From Trueperaceae bacterium (GTDB lineage Bacteria; Deinococcota; Deinococci; Deinococcales; Trueperaceae), in contig JBBDRK010000036.1 of the NCBI GenBank assembly GCA_040905465.1, forward strand, positions 73,244-137,243: a stretch of DNA of 64,000 nt. The letters are read 5' to 3'. Made by a program: the position numbers and the translations under genes. Below, piece by piece: positions 47,066 through 57,923 of this stretch; within the stretch, counting starts at the first letter, position 1; each line of letters opens with the position of its first letter. Under the pieces are notes generated by a model. That model did no database searches and had not been told where the DNA came from. It saw nothing but the letters and a program-made list of their open reading frames with translations.

Positions 47066-48193
47066 ATGAACATCGGGATTCCGAAGGAGACGAAGACCCA
47101 CGAGTACCGTGTGGCCGCCACGCCGGGAGCCGTACGGGCGCTGGCCGAAGCCGGACACGAGGTTTTCGTCGAGGCCGGCGCGGGCGTGGGCAGCGGCTTC
47201 GGGGATGAAGATTATCGCGAACAGGGCGCCACCACGGTCGACAGCGCGGAGCAGGCGTGGGCTCACCAGCTGGTGCTGAAGGTCAAGGAGCCGGTAGCGA
47301 GCGAGTACGGCTATCTGCGCGACGACCTCCTCCTGTTCACATTCCTCCATCTGGCTGCCGATCAGCCGCTTACCGACGCACTCTTGAATGCCGGTACCAC
47401 CGCCGTGGCTTACGAGACCGTGCAACTCGACGGCGGCGGGCTTCCACTACTCACGCCGATGAGCGAAGTTGCCGGGCGCATGGCCAGCCAGGTGGGTGCT
47501 CACTACCTCAGCCGCTTCCTGGGCGGACGCGGCCTGCTGCTCGGCGGGGTTCCAGGAGTACCGGCAGGCAATGTAGTGATACTGGGCGGCGGCGTTGTCG
47601 GCATCAACGCCGCCAAGATCGCGCTTGGCCTGGGCGCCAGGGTCACCATCCTCGACGTGAGCCACTCGCGGCTGCAGTACCTCGACGACGTCTTCGGTGG
47701 CCGCATCCAGACGCTCGCCAGCAACGTCGCCAACGTAGCCGATATGACTCGGCAGGCGGACCTGCTGATCGGAGCGGTGCTGATTCCGGGTGCCCGCGCG
47801 CCCCGGCTGGTGCGCCGCGACATGCTCGCCGAGATGAAGCAGGGCAGCGTCATCGTCGATGTCGCCGTCGATCAGGGGGGCTGCATCGAGACGATCCGGC
47901 CGACCACCCACGATCGGCCGACCTTCGTCGTGGACGGCATTGTCCACTACGGGGTCGCCAACATGCCGGGCGCGGTACCCAATACCAGCACTACCGCCCT
48001 GTCGAACCAGACCCTTCCCTACACGCTGCGGCTGGCGAGCAAGGGCTCGGCAGCGCTTCTGGAGGATCGCGCGCTTTTGCGCGGGCTCAACGCGCACCAG
48101 GGCTTGTTGACCCACAGGGCGGTTGGGGAAGCGTTCGGGATCGATGTCACGCTCCCGGAGACCGCCCTGGAGCAGAGACCGGTTCCGGCCTGA
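47066..48193 (+). CDS. ald: Alanine dehydrogenase
   Basis: [48 protein letters not shown]. Confidence 0.96.
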   Translation: MNIGIPKETKTHEYRVAATPGAVRALAEAGHEVFVEAGAGVGSGFGDEDYREQGATTVDSAEQAWAHQLVLKVKEPVASEYGYLRDDLLLFTFLHLAADQPLTDALLNAGTTAVAYETVQLDGGGLPLLTPMSEVAGRMASQVGAHYLSRFLGGRGLLLGGVPGVPAGNVVILGGGVVGINAAKIALGLGARVTILDVSHSRLQYLDDVFGGRIQTLASNVANVADMTRQADLLIGAVLIPGARAPRLVRRDMLAEMKQGSVIVDVAVDQGGCIETIRPTTHDRPTFVVDGIVHYGVANMPGAVPNTSTTALSNQTLPYTLRLASKGSAALLEDRALLRGLNAHQGLLTHRAVGEAFGIDVTLPETALEQRPVPA

Positions 48194-48201
48194 ACCGGCC
48201 T

Positions 48202-48795
48202 TCAGCGAAGCCGGCCCAGTGCCTTGCGTATCAGGGTCTCGGCCGCCTCGTCGGGGTTGGCGAGGGCCAGTTCGGCGACCGCTTGCTTGACCTGCCCCTC
48301 GCGGTAGCCGAGAGCCAGCAGGGCCTGGACGGCGTCGTCGCCGGCGCCCGAAAGCACCGACTGGGGACGGTGTCCCCCGGCTGTAACCGTTAGCGCCTCC
48401 GGCAGCTTGCTGCCCAGTTCCAGGACGATACGCTCGGCAGTGCGCTTGCCGACCCCCGGCGCGCTCGCCAACAGGCCGGCGTCCCCCTCGATGATCGCGC
48501 CGGCCAGGACCGTCGACGGTATGGCGGACAGCACCGCCAGCGCCAGCTTGGGACCGATCCCCGCCACGGAGATCAGGTGCCGGAACAGCTCGAGCAGGTC
48601 CTTTTCGTGAAACCCGTAGAGGGCCAGCAGGTCCTCCTTGACAACCAGATGAGTATGGAGCCGGACGGCGTCCCCTTTGCTAAGGTTCACCAGGGTGGAT
48701 TTGGCTGCGAAGAGCTCCAGGCCCATCGGACCCGCCTGTACGATCACGCTCGCTTCGCGTATCTCCGCGACAATTCCGTCGACGAAGGCGATCAT
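48202..48795 (-). CDS. ruvA: Holliday junction branch migration protein RuvA
   Basis: MIAFVDG, LYGF, LISVAGIGPKLAL, PGVGKRTAERI..EL, ALLALGY. Confidence 0.95.
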   Translation of the reverse strand: MIAFVDGIVAEIREASVIVQAGPMGLELFAAKSTLVNLSKGDAVRLHTHLVVKEDLLALYGFHEKDLLELFRHLISVAGIGPKLALAVLSAIPSTVLAGAIIEGDAGLLASAPGVGKRTAERIVLELGSKLPEALTVTAGGHRPQSVLSGAGDDAVQALLALGYREGQVKQAVAELALANPDEAAETLIRKALGRLR

Positions 48796-48878
48796 CTCGG
48801 GCGCCGATGGCGTGCGGGGTGAGGTGGTCGACTGGCGCACGACGGCCGCAGGGCACGGGAAAAACCGAATTGCTCCAT
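48792..48878 (-). CDS. Putative leaderless 28-aa uORF coupled to ruvA
   Basis: TACAAT (48885-48890), 6 nt, ATG; stop overlaps the ruvA ATG; no clear SD before ruvA. Confidence 0.45.
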   Translation of the reverse strand: MEQFGFSRALRPSCASRPPHPARHRRPR

Positions 48879-48891
48879 GACGCCATTGTAG

Positions 48892-48990
48892 CTGCCGGCG
48901 AGATTCCGCAGCCGGCGAGTATCCAGGACGCGCGAGTCCGCCGCGGGCGAGTCTCCGCTCCGGCGAAGCTGCACTGCCGGCGAAACTCGG
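48892..48990. repeat. Degenerate 15-17-bp tandem repeat, 6 units, core (C)CGGCGAR
   Basis: CTGCCGGCGAGATTCCG / CAGCCGGCGAGTATCCA / GGACGCGCGAGTCCG / CCGCGGGCGAGTCTCCG / CTCCGGCGAAGCTGCA / CTGCCGGCGAAACTCGG. Confidence 0.65.
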
Positions 48991-49011
48991 CGGCCGGAAC
49001 AAGGTATGCCG

Positions 49012-50100
49012 TCAGGCGCGCTCCCTGGTGGAATCGCCGCGGTACCAGGAACTGGTGAGGTAGTAGTCGCGGTAGGCAAGGCTCAGTAGCACCGCCACAG
49101 GTACGGCAGCGACCGCTCCCCACAGGCCGAACAAGACTGAGCCGAACAGAATCGCCATCAGCACGGTTACGGGGTCGAGCGAAATGATTCGCGAGTAGAC
49201 CATCGGTGTGAGGAGGTTGCCGTCGATGATGTTGACGAGCAGCAGTACTCCGATGGCAACGAGCGCATGGACCCAGCTCTCGGTGAGCGCGAACAGGAAG
49301 GTCGGAACCGAAGCGACTATCGGCCCCACGAACGGGATCAAGTTGCCCACCCCCGCCAGGAGCCCCAGGCCGGCGGCCAGCGGTATCCGCAGCAACGCCA
49401 GGCCGGTACCCACGAGCAGTCCCACGATCGCGGCGATGACCAGCTGACCGCGGATGTAGCCGCCCACAGCGAAGCCGACGCTATCGAGCACCTCGAGAGC
49501 GGTCCCGCGGTGGCGCTCGGGGAACGCTTGCAGGATCGTACGGTTGTAGCGGGGAAAGTTGTAGACGAGATAGAGCGACAGCACCATCACGATCACGACC
49601 TGCAGGCCGCCGCTGGTAACGACAGTGAGACTCTCCACCAGTCCGCCGCGAAAGGCGGCCAGGGAGGGCAACACCTCTTCGGTCAACTGGCGGGCGGCAG
49701 CGGTGAGGTTCTGGAACACCTGCTGGAAGGTGGTCCCAAAGCTGGGGTCGATCGCCCGCGCCATGATGAACGGCAACTCCTCGAGCGTGGAGACGAGTTG
49801 CGGCAACTCCTCGACGAATAGCGAGAGTTGGGCCGCTATCTGGATGCCGAGAAACCACAGTCCGGCCAGCAGGGCGATAAGCAGTAACGCCACCAGGGCC
49901 ACGCCGGTAGCCCGGTTGGTGCGGCGCTCGGCCCAGGCCACCAGCGGATGGAGGATGAATGCGATCAGGTAGGCGGCCAGCACCGCCCCCCAGACCGGTC
50001 TGGACCAGTACAGGAAGCGGTAGAGCAGATAGAGGATCAGCAGTCCGACGGCGACCCGCACGTAGGGATTGCGCCATACCTGTTGCGCCGCGTGCAGCAC
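49012..50100 (-). CDS. AI-2E family transporter
   Basis: IAFILHPLV, GGYIRGQL, NLIPFVG, LFGLWGAVAAVP. Confidence 0.9.
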   Translation of the reverse strand: MLHAAQQVWRNPYVRVAVGLLILYLLYRFLYWSRPVWGAVLAAYLIAFILHPLVAWAERRTNRATGVALVALLLIALLAGLWFLGIQIAAQLSLFVEELPQLVSTLEELPFIMARAIDPSFGTTFQQVFQNLTAAARQLTEEVLPSLAAFRGGLVESLTVVTSGGLQVVIVMVLSLYLVYNFPRYNRTILQAFPERHRGTALEVLDSVGFAVGGYIRGQLVIAAIVGLLVGTGLALLRIPLAAGLGLLAGVGNLIPFVGPIVASVPTFLFALTESWVHALVAIGVLLLVNIIDGNLLTPMVYSRIISLDPVTVLMAILFGSVLFGLWGAVAAVPVAVLLSLAYRDYYLTSSWYRGDSTRERA

Positions 50101-50103
50101 GCT

Positions 50104-51138
50104 TCAGTGCCTCACGGACAACAGCAGGTCCACGGCAGGAATCAGCCTGAGGTAGTTGTCTTCCGGCTCGCGCACCAGGAACAGGGTATAGACGCCGCCG
50201 GCTTCAATCGTCAGCGCCGGGATCTGGGCGAGGATGGCGTCCGTGCCCGCCAAGCGAATCTGCAGAGTGAACTCGCGGCCGGGCAGACGGGTGTAGGCGC
50301 TGGCGTTGGGAAAGGAGAGCCCGGTCGCCAGCACCACCGGTTCGCCGCCGCCATCGCTGGCAATCGCCAACAGGTCTACCGACAGGGTCGTGGGCGAAAG
50401 GTGGATGAGCCGAACGCGCGAACCACCGGGAGGGGGCGCAGCGCTCAGATCGTCGCGAAACGCATGGAGTTCGACCGGCCTCCAGGCGGCTGCCGCCCCT
50501 CCACTGGCGACTTGAGGTCCGGCGTCGGTCAAGTCGCCTTCTCCCTCCTGCAAGCTGATGCTCACGGTGGCGACCTCGGCCTCACGAACGGAAATTTCGA
50601 AGGTGGCCGCGCGGTGGCCCTCGTGCTCGGCGCGGATCCGGTAGTCGCCGGGCTCCAGCCCGTCGAGCATCTCTTCACCCTCGAATCGTCGGCTGAAGCC
50701 GCGAGGACCGCTCACCACCAATGTCGCATCGCTGGGCTCGACGGCGATCGCCAGCGCTCCTGTGGCGGCTGCGCCGGACGTCCGTTGGTAGAACCCGGAT
50801 ACGGCCAGCGTGTAGTACATTCCCTCATCCAGTTCCACGAGGATGGTGATGGGCTCGAGGCTCCGCGGACCCTCGTCCTCAGCCTGCGCCGCCGCGTCCG
50901 GTAGCCGGTGCGGAATCACACTGATCTCATGCTGACCGGCCGGTAACGAGCTGTACGGTGTTACCTGGCCGTAGGCCACATCGCGCAAAAAGAGACGGTG
51001 GTCGATCACCAGGTCCATCCGAGGAGCGTCAGGCGAAAGATGTGTCAGGCGCAGGGCAGCCAAGGGCTGTGCCACCGCCGAGCAGACTGCCAGCAGCGCA
51101 AGTATCGCCAGGATGACGCGGCGCACCGACGGGCTCAT
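50104..51138 (-). CDS. Secreted DUF4397-type protein with a central PEGA-like domain
   Basis: Two RLxHLSP repeats; GLEPGDYRIRAEHEG; signal peptide. Confidence 0.7.
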   Translation of the reverse strand: MSPSVRRVILAILALLAVCSAVAQPLAALRLTHLSPDAPRMDLVIDHRLFLRDVAYGQVTPYSSLPAGQHEISVIPHRLPDAAAQAEDEGPRSLEPITILVELDEGMYYTLAVSGFYQRTSGAAATGALAIAVEPSDATLVVSGPRGFSRRFEGEEMLDGLEPGDYRIRAEHEGHRAATFEISVREAEVATVSISLQEGEGDLTDAGPQVASGGAAAAWRPVELHAFRDDLSAAPPPGGSRVRLIHLSPTTLSVDLLAIASDGGGEPVVLATGLSFPNASAYTRLPGREFTLQIRLAGTDAILAQIPALTIEAGGVYTLFLVREPEDNYLRLIPAVDLLLSVRH

Positions 51139-51602
51139 TTGGCCTGCCCTTGCCGCCCCGGTCCACTACTCGACTGCAACGCGGCTATGAGCCGCTCGAT
51201 GCGCGCCCTGGCGGCCCCTCGGTTGCGAGTGAGATCAGGCAGCAGCTCGGTCATCTCGGTGCGCAGGGCAGCACGTATCTCGGGTTCCTCGCGCGCCAGC
51301 ACCGATTCGAGCTTTTCCTCGATGAGTCGGTAGCTGGGTCGAAGCGCCGCCGAGCGCCGACCATCGGCGATCGCCGCTTCGAGCTCCTGCAACCGCAATC
51401 TCGCCTCGATGCGTTGGCGATGGTCGACCAGAGCGGTCTTGCCGGCATCCAGCCGCTGCGCCAGGGACTCGCGCTCCGGAGCGAACGGCCACGGATCTGC
51501 CGCGAGCAGCCACCACGTCAGAACGGACAGCAGCAAGACGGCAAGCACGATAGCGATCCGACGCCTTTCGGCAACGAACCGGCGAACCCCCCACTGGCTC
51601 AA
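51135..51602 (-). CDS. Hypothetical membrane-anchored helical protein
   Basis: GGAGG plus TTG; single N-terminal TM; ATGA overlap downstream. Confidence 0.65.
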   Translation of the reverse strand: MSQWGVRRFVAERRRIAIVLAVLLLSVLTWWLLAADPWPFAPERESLAQRLDAGKTALVDHRQRIEARLRLQELEAAIADGRRSAALRPSYRLIEEKLESVLAREEPEIRAALRTEMTELLPDLTRNRGAARARIERLIAALQSSSGPGRQGQAK

Positions 51603-51697
51603 CCCGACCTCCCTGGTCCCAGTCTAGGCCAGTTTCTTCGGCTAATAGGTGACTGCTACACGGGTACGAACGCACTCTAGTCGAATCCGACGCCGTA

Positions 51698-52474
51698 CTA
51701 GAGTTCACCGAACAACGGCGCATAGATGCTCTCATAGCCGATGTCCGCAAGCGTCTCGCAACCCGTAAGACGCATGGCGTAGTGCAGCTCGGCCTCCAGG
51801 TTAGCCATCGACCGATCGCTCTCCACCACAACCGCTTCGGCCCCCACCGCCAGGTAGCGGAAGACGTCCACGCCGCTGCGAACGCCGCTACCGACATACA
51901 CCCCGGTCATGCCGGCCACCGCGTCGAGGATTTCCGGGAGCACCTCGATAGCTGTGGGTCCGCCCACGTGGGTCCCGAGGGTGGCGTTCACCACGACGCC
52001 TTCCAGGCCAGCTTCGACAACGACCTCGGCGTCGGCGGCGCTATTCACTCCGAAAATCCACAGCGGGCAGCCGGCGGCCGCCCGCAACTCGGCGAGGTCT
52101 TCACGCGTTCTGGGCCGCCACTGGCCCGAGCCGAACGGCGGCGTCTGCGCAAGCGCTCTCAGATCGAGCGCCAGGGCCGGAAAGCCGAACCCGGCGAGGT
52201 GCTTCACCCGCGGCATCAGCACGCCCATCTTGTCGTTTTCCAACAGCGGAATCGTCGTCTCCGGCCGGTACTCCTCGGCCCTGTCGATCACCCGGCTGCC
52301 AGCGGCGAGCGCCAATGCGGCGGCCGGAACGGCGCTGGCAGCGGTGAGAGGCACGATGGGGCTGGCCAGGTCGACGTCGAGTAACTGGAAACGGCTGTCG
52401 ACGTCATCCACGTCGTGAAGCACTCGCGCCACCAACGCATACTCGTCGAGAGCGGCGAATTCGCGCTCGGTCAT
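51698..52474 (-). CDS. Degenerate FMN-dependent alpha-hydroxy-acid dehydrogenase-like protein
   Basis: LVARVL.DV, GSGVRSGVDVFRYLAVGAEAV, ELHYAMRLTGC; -10 TATCAT 7 nt upstream. Confidence 0.7.
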   Translation of the reverse strand: MTEREFAALDEYALVARVLHDVDDVDSRFQLLDVDLASPIVPLTAASAVPAAALALAAGSRVIDRAEEYRPETTIPLLENDKMGVLMPRVKHLAGFGFPALALDLRALAQTPPFGSGQWRPRTREDLAELRAAAGCPLWIFGVNSAADAEVVVEAGLEGVVVNATLGTHVGGPTAIEVLPEILDAVAGMTGVYVGSGVRSGVDVFRYLAVGAEAVVVESDRSMANLEAELHYAMRLTGCETLADIGYESIYAPLFGEL

Positions 52475-52601
52475 TGCCCGGATGATACCAGCCGGCCCGA
52501 CCGGCACCCCAGGTAACGCGGCAAGTGGTCGCACTACCGGGTTACACTCCACCCGAAACCGAAGAAAGGCCGCTTCAGGATTACGGAAGGGCAGAATTCG
52601 A

Positions 52602-53342
52602 TTGATACAGGTATCCGGACTTTCGAAAGCTTTCGGCCGAGTTCAAGCCATAACGGGACTCGACTTCTCGGTGCCGGCCGGAGAGATATTCGGGCTGCTT
52701 GGCCCCAACGGCGCTGGCAAGACCACCACCTTGCGCATCCTCGCCACCCTGCTCCGGCCGGACTCCGGTACCGCCAGCGTGGCCGGCCACGACGTGGTGG
52801 CTGAACCCGAACGGGTTCGCCGCGCGATCGGGGTGGTCAACGGCGGAATGGGGCTCTACGACCGTCTGACCGGACGCGAGGTACTGCACTACTTCGGCCG
52901 GCTGTACGGCATGAGCAACGCCGCGATCGCGGCACGCACGGAGGAGCTCGCCACCGTGCTCGAGCTCGGCGATGCGCTCACCAGGCAGGCAGGCGGCTTC
53001 TCGAGCGGCATGAAGCAGAAGATCGTGATCGCCCGGGCGGTGCTCCATGATCCGCCGGTGATCTTTTTCGACGAGGCGACCAGCGGGCTCGACGTGATGG
53101 CGCGCCGTGCAGTCCTGGACATGGTGCGGCGGTTTGCTGATGGCAAGAAGGCGGTCGTCTACTCCACACACGTGATGACCGAGGTGGAGGAGTTGTGCGA
53201 CCGGTTGGCAATCGTCTACCGCGGTGAGCTGGTAGCCGTGGACAGCGTCCAGGGGCTGTACGAGTCGACCGGCACCGATTCGCTGGAGAAGGCGTTTTTC
53301 GCCACGGTCCGACGCGTTGGCCAGCCGTTGGTGGCGGCATGA
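52602..53342 (+). CDS. ABC transporter ATP-binding protein (NatA-like)
   Basis: GPNGAGKTT, FSSGMKQK, FFDEATSGLD, YSTH. Confidence 0.9.
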   Translation: MIQVSGLSKAFGRVQAITGLDFSVPAGEIFGLLGPNGAGKTTTLRILATLLRPDSGTASVAGHDVVAEPERVRRAIGVVNGGMGLYDRLTGREVLHYFGRLYGMSNAAIAARTEELATVLELGDALTRQAGGFSSGMKQKIVIARAVLHDPPVIFFDEATSGLDVMARRAVLDMVRRFADGKKAVVYSTHVMTEVEELCDRLAIVYRGELVAVDSVQGLYESTGTDSLEKAFFATVRRVGQPLVAA

Positions 53343-54565
53343 GAGCGGGAATCGTACGCCAGATCGCCGGCAAGGAGATAGTCTCCACCATCCGGGATCG
53401 GCGGGCGATCGTCTCGAACCTGGTAGTGCCGCTCGTGCTCCTCCCGACGATAATGCTGGGCCTGCCACTGGCGTTCGGCGGCCTGTTCACCCGTGAACAG
53501 GCGACGCAGACTCCGGTTGCGGTGCAGAACCTGGACGAGCTGCCACCCGCACTGTCCGAGCTGCTGTTGTCGGCGAACGTGGCGCCACAGGCCAGCGACG
53601 ACGCGGAAGCTGCCGTGACCAGCGATAGCGTGAGCCTCGGCCTGCTGGTTCCGTTGGCGATGTCCGACAGCGTGGCAGCGGGTGAGCGGGCCGAACTGAT
53701 GCTCTTCACCAAGAGGGGCAACCTCAGAGCCGAAGTGACCGCGTCCAAGGTGACGGGCGCGATCGAGGCCTATCGTCAGGGGCTGGTTTCCGAGCGCTTG
53801 CGCGACGCCGGACTCGACCCGGCGGTGCTCGAGCCGATAACCGTGAGTTCCGTCGACGCCTCCAGTGCGGCCGAGCGCAGCAGCGGCCAGCTCTCCTGGA
53901 TCATTCCGTTTTTCATCGCCATCTGGACTCTGGTTGGCGGGCAGATGACTGCGATCGACGCGACGGCGGGTGAGAAGGAGCGCGGGACGCTGGAGGCGCT
54001 GCTGGTCGCTCCGGTCAGACGAAGCGAGGTCGTGGCCGGAAAGTTTCTGGCCACATTGCTCTTCGGTCTGGCCGCCGCGGTCATGGCGATAGTCGGCTAC
54101 ATAGCCGGAGGTGCGATAGTTCGCTGGCTGGTGAGATCAAGGCTCAGTGGTGAAGCCGGCGACATGCTCGCCGAGCTCGGCGGTTCGCTGCAGATAACGC
54201 CGTCGTCGGTCGCCCTGCTCCTGGTCAGCACCTTGCTGCTGGCAGCCACGATGGCGGCGGTGCTGCTCTGCCTTACGATGTTCGCCCGGTCGTTCAAGGA
54301 GGCCCAGAGTTACGTCGCCCCTCTGAGCTTCCTGCTGATAGTTCCCGTCGTCGCCCTGCAGTTCAACGATCTGCTCGACCTCGGCCCGGCCGTCTATCTG
54401 GTCCCGGTAGTCAACGTGCTCCTGCTGATGGACGGAATAGTGACGGGAGCCTTCGACTGGGCGGCGATATTGCTTACCTTTGCTTCGCTGGCGGTGGTCG
54501 TCGCTCTGCTGCTGGCCTTCGCTCATCGAAACTTCTCCCGCGAGAGCGTGATCTTCCGGACCTGA
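53339..54565 (+). CDS. ABC-2 permease (NatB-like)
   Basis: KE....RDRR, AIDATAGEKERGTLEALL, FARSFKEAQSY. Confidence 0.88.
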   Translation: MRAGIVRQIAGKEIVSTIRDRRAIVSNLVVPLVLLPTIMLGLPLAFGGLFTREQATQTPVAVQNLDELPPALSELLLSANVAPQASDDAEAAVTSDSVSLGLLVPLAMSDSVAAGERAELMLFTKRGNLRAEVTASKVTGAIEAYRQGLVSERLRDAGLDPAVLEPITVSSVDASSAAERSSGQLSWIIPFFIAIWTLVGGQMTAIDATAGEKERGTLEALLVAPVRRSEVVAGKFLATLLFGLAAAVMAIVGYIAGGAIVRWLVRSRLSGEAGDMLAELGGSLQITPSSVALLLVSTLLLAATMAAVLLCLTMFARSFKEAQSYVAPLSFLLIVPVVALQFNDLLDLGPAVYLVPVVNVLLLMDGIVTGAFDWAAILLTFASLAVVVALLLAFAHRNFSRESVIFRT

Positions 54566-54665
54566 TTCGAGGGACTCCCGCCACCTGGCGGCACGGCACG
54601 ACTGTGCCGTGGCCCGGCGTATCGCCGAGTTCGCTGCCCTAGGCTCGACTGGAGTCGGAGGAGTG

Positions 54666-55388
54666 ATGGCAGGGAGAGTTCAACGCGCCAACGTCGGCCC
54701 GCTCGAGCGCGGGCTGTCGCTGATTATCGGAGCGACGACCGGCTCGGCGGCGGCCCGGCGGCGCTCGCCGGGCGCGGTTCTGCTGGGATTGACCGGAGCC
54801 TACCTGGTCTACCGCGGCCTTACCGGCCGCTGCGCTGTGTACCGGGCGCTGGGCGTGACCGGTTCCGAGGTCGGCCGCACCGTCAGTGCATGTAGCCAGA
54901 TAACCGTGCAGAGGCCCGCCGACGAGGTGTACTCATACCTCCGCGACCTGGGAAACCTGGCGCGCTTCAGCAAGCTGGTGAAGAGCGTAGAACCGCTCCC
55001 AGGCGGCTTGTGGCGGTTCCGGTCCTCCGCCCCGACCGTCGGCAGCCTGGTGTGGGACGCGCGGATCACGGTAGCGGAAGAGAACCGACGTATCGCCTGG
55101 TGTTCGGTCGAAGGTGCCGAGCTGCCGGGCGCGGTCGACGTCAGCCTGACCGAAACTCCTTTCGGCACCGAGCTCCACGTCGACGCCTGGCTGGTGCCGC
55201 CGGTAGCGCCGATAGTGACCGCGCTCGCGCGGCGAGCGGAGCGCTCGCGGCCGTTGCGTCGCGCCGGGCTGAGTCCGTCACGGTTGCTGCAGCAGGAGTT
55301 GCGGCGCCTCCGGCAACAGCTCGAGGCTGGCGAAATCGCGACGGTGAAGGGGCAGAGCGCGGCTCGCGCGCTGCACGGAAGCGGATGA
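54666..55388 (+). CDS. DUF2892/YgaP-like membrane region fused to an SRPBCC domain
   Basis: NVG..ER..S, RGLTGRC..Y..LG; WDARIT....[18 protein letters not shown]. Confidence 0.8.
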   Translation: MAGRVQRANVGPLERGLSLIIGATTGSAAARRRSPGAVLLGLTGAYLVYRGLTGRCAVYRALGVTGSEVGRTVSACSQITVQRPADEVYSYLRDLGNLARFSKLVKSVEPLPGGLWRFRSSAPTVGSLVWDARITVAEENRRIAWCSVEGAELPGAVDVSLTETPFGTELHVDAWLVPPVAPIVTALARRAERSRPLRRAGLSPSRLLQQELRRLRQQLEAGEIATVKGQSAARALHGSG

Positions 55389-56551
55389 GGGCAGTCACCT
55401 GGCACGGTACCCACGACGTACGCGTGGAGCGCGTACCGGATCCCGAGCTGCTGCGGCCGAGAGACGCCATAGTCCGGGTTACCGCAACGGCCATCTGCGG
55501 TTCCGACCTTCACCTGTACGACGGGTTCATTCCCACCATGAAACGAGGCGACATTCTCGGTCACGAGTTCATGGGCGAGGTGGTGGAAGTCGGTCCCGAG
55601 GTTCACAACCTGCGGCCCGGCGACCGCGTGGTAGTGCCCTTTCCGATCGCATGCGGCCGCTGCTGGTTCTGCCGGCACGATCTCTGGGCCCTTTGCGACA
55701 ACTCGAACCCCAACGCGCCGCTGGCGGAGCTCTTCTTCGGCGAGTCGCCCTCCGGAATCTTCGGCTATTCCCATCTGATGGGCGGTTACGCCGGCGGCCA
55801 GGCAGAGCTGGTGCGCGTGCCCTTCGCCGACGTGGGACCGCTGACGGTACCAGAGGGCGTGTCCGACGACCAAGCTCTCTTCCTCAGCGACATCCTGCCC
55901 ACCGGCTGGATGGCCGCGGAAAACTGCGGCCTCGCCGGCGGCGAAACGGTGGCGGTCTGGGGATGCGGCCCGGTCGGACTTTTCGCGATAACCAGCGCCC
56001 TAGCCCAGGGCGCCGAGCAGGTGGTGGCGATCGACCGGGTGCCTGTGCGTCTGGCGCGAGCCGCCGAGCTGGGAGCCGTGACGATTCATTACGAGCAGGA
56101 AGATCCGATAGAGCGGCTGGCGGAGTTGACCGGCGGCCGCGGACCGGACGCCTGCATCGAAGCGGTGGGCATGGAAGCGCACGGCGGCGGTCTTCTGGGA
56201 CCGCTCGACCGGGTCAAGCAGGCGGCAAGGCTGGAAACCGGACGGCCGCACGCGCTGCGGCAGGCGATCCTGGCCTGCCGCAAGGGCGGCACGCTGTCTC
56301 TGGCGGGTGTCTTCGGTGGGTTCATCGATACCGTTCCAATCGGCGCCGCATTCAACAAGGGACTGACATTCCGAATGGGTCAGACACATGTACACCGCTA
56401 CCTGCGCCCGCTTCTCGAGCGCATCCAGAGGGGCGAGATCGACCCGACCAAGGTCCTGACACACAAGCTCTCCCTGGACGAGGCGCCGGGGGCCTACGAG
56501 ATGTTCCGGCGCAAGTCGGACGGTTGCATCAAGGTCGTACTTACGCCATGA
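55385..56551 (+). CDS. Zinc-dependent alcohol/formaldehyde dehydrogenase
   Basis: ICGSDLH, GHEFMG, CGRCWFC, SDILPTG, GCGPVG. Confidence 0.93.
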   Translation: MRAVTWHGTHDVRVERVPDPELLRPRDAIVRVTATAICGSDLHLYDGFIPTMKRGDILGHEFMGEVVEVGPEVHNLRPGDRVVVPFPIACGRCWFCRHDLWALCDNSNPNAPLAELFFGESPSGIFGYSHLMGGYAGGQAELVRVPFADVGPLTVPEGVSDDQALFLSDILPTGWMAAENCGLAGGETVAVWGCGPVGLFAITSALAQGAEQVVAIDRVPVRLARAAELGAVTIHYEQEDPIERLAELTGGRGPDACIEAVGMEAHGGGLLGPLDRVKQAARLETGRPHALRQAILACRKGGTLSLAGVFGGFIDTVPIGAAFNKGLTFRMGQTHVHRYLRPLLERIQRGEIDPTKVLTHKLSLDEAPGAYEMFRRKSDGCIKVVLTP

Positions 56552-57594
56552 GGCGCGCGGCCAGACGGGGCCTTCTGCTGGGAGCCGGCCTGGCTGCTGC
56601 CGCTGCCGGCGCAGTCCTGTCGCGCCGACGCCGGGCCCTGGACTTTCGCGACCGGGTGGTGCTCATCACGGGAGGCTCGCGCGGACTGGGGCTGGAGCTG
56701 GCTCGCCGCTTCGCATCTCAGGGGGCGAAGCTCGCCCTGCTCGCGCGCAAGGGCACCGAGTTGGAACGGGCGACGGCGCACCTCGCAAGCGCCAATGGCG
56801 GCAGCCAGGACCACACCGAGGTGGAGTTGCTCGAGTGCGACCTTCGTGATCGGGAGCAGGTCGAACGTTCAGTGGCCCGAACGGTGCGGCGTTTCGGCCG
56901 GCTGGACGTGCTGGTAAACAACGCCGGCACCATCCGCGTGGGGCCGTTCGACAACCTCTCCTTGAAGGAGTTCCGCCAGGAGATGGACATCAACTTTTTC
57001 GGCGCGCTTCACGCCACCACGGCCGCCCTCCCGCACCTGAAGCGCAGCGGCCGGGGCCGGATCGTCAATATCACCTCGATCGGCGGCCGCCTGCCGGTGC
57101 CGCACCTGCTTCCTTACGCAGCTTCGAAATTCGCGTTCGTCGGGTTTTCCGAGGCTTTGGGCGCCGAGTTGGCCCGTGACGGCGTGCGAGTAACCACCGT
57201 CACTCCCGGGCTCATGCGCACCGGCAGCCCCTACCGGGCGATGTTCAGCGGACGGCGCGGCCGGGAGTTCCGCTGGTTCCTGCTGGCCAGCTCCCTTCCG
57301 CTGGTCTCCATCGGCTCCGAGCTGGCCGCCCGGCGAATCGTCGACGCCTGCCGCCATGGCGACGCTTCCCTGGTAGTTCCCGCCTACCTCCGGCTCCCCA
57401 TCGCCCTGCACGCCCTGGCGCCCGGGACGGTCTCACGTCTGGCCGGCGTCGTCAACCGGCTGCTCCCCGAACCCGCCACCGACCAGTTCCCCGGCCGTCT
57501 GCGCGAGGGTCGGGAGATTCTGCCTCCCGAGCAGAGCCCTGCCTACGCCACCCTGACGCGGAGGGCGGCTCTGCGTAACAACGAGTTGGAATGA
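56548..57594 (+). CDS. SDR family oxidoreductase
   Basis: [17 protein letters not shown]. Confidence 0.92.
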   Translation: MRRAARRGLLLGAGLAAAAAGAVLSRRRRALDFRDRVVLITGGSRGLGLELARRFASQGAKLALLARKGTELERATAHLASANGGSQDHTEVELLECDLRDREQVERSVARTVRRFGRLDVLVNNAGTIRVGPFDNLSLKEFRQEMDINFFGALHATTAALPHLKRSGRGRIVNITSIGGRLPVPHLLPYAASKFAFVGFSEALGAELARDGVRVTTVTPGLMRTGSPYRAMFSGRRGREFRWFLLASSLPLVSIGSELAARRIVDACRHGDASLVVPAYLRLPIALHALAPGTVSRLAGVVNRLLPEPATDQFPGRLREGREILPPEQSPAYATLTRRAALRNNELE

Positions 57595-57923
57595 AGCTCG
57601 TCTCTACTCTCCGCTGGTTGACGGGGATGCCAGATGCGATGGGGCGAAACGATGTTGCCGGTGGCCCCCGCAGTATTCGGCCAGGGGGCTACAGTGTGCT
57701 CATGAGTGCACACGGCGGCGAGCGCAAGACCCGGGGACCGCGCGGACTGCGGGTTTCCGAATCGTTGGAGCAGAACATTCAGCGCGAGGCGGACTACTGA
57801 AAGCCCTGGCCGGACTGACAATTCCCGAGGATGTAGTGGTGCTATCGCCGGAGGAGTGGGAAGTTAAGCGACATCTTCCCGGAACGATTGCCTATCCAGC
57901 CGGCGTGGAGGGTCTCACGCTAT

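Noticed and set aside
48796-49011. Deinococcus RDRM (DdrO) operator upstream of ruvA
   Set aside because: No AT-rich 17-bp palindrome of that type is visible here
55010-57594. Long N-terminal extensions of the ADH and SDR ORFs suggesting fusions
   Set aside because: True starts are at ATGA overlaps (55385, 56548); the extensions are off-frame read-through of upstream genes
57591-57800. 69-aa ORF after the SDR gene
   Set aside because: No recognisable motif; supported only by an ATGA overlap
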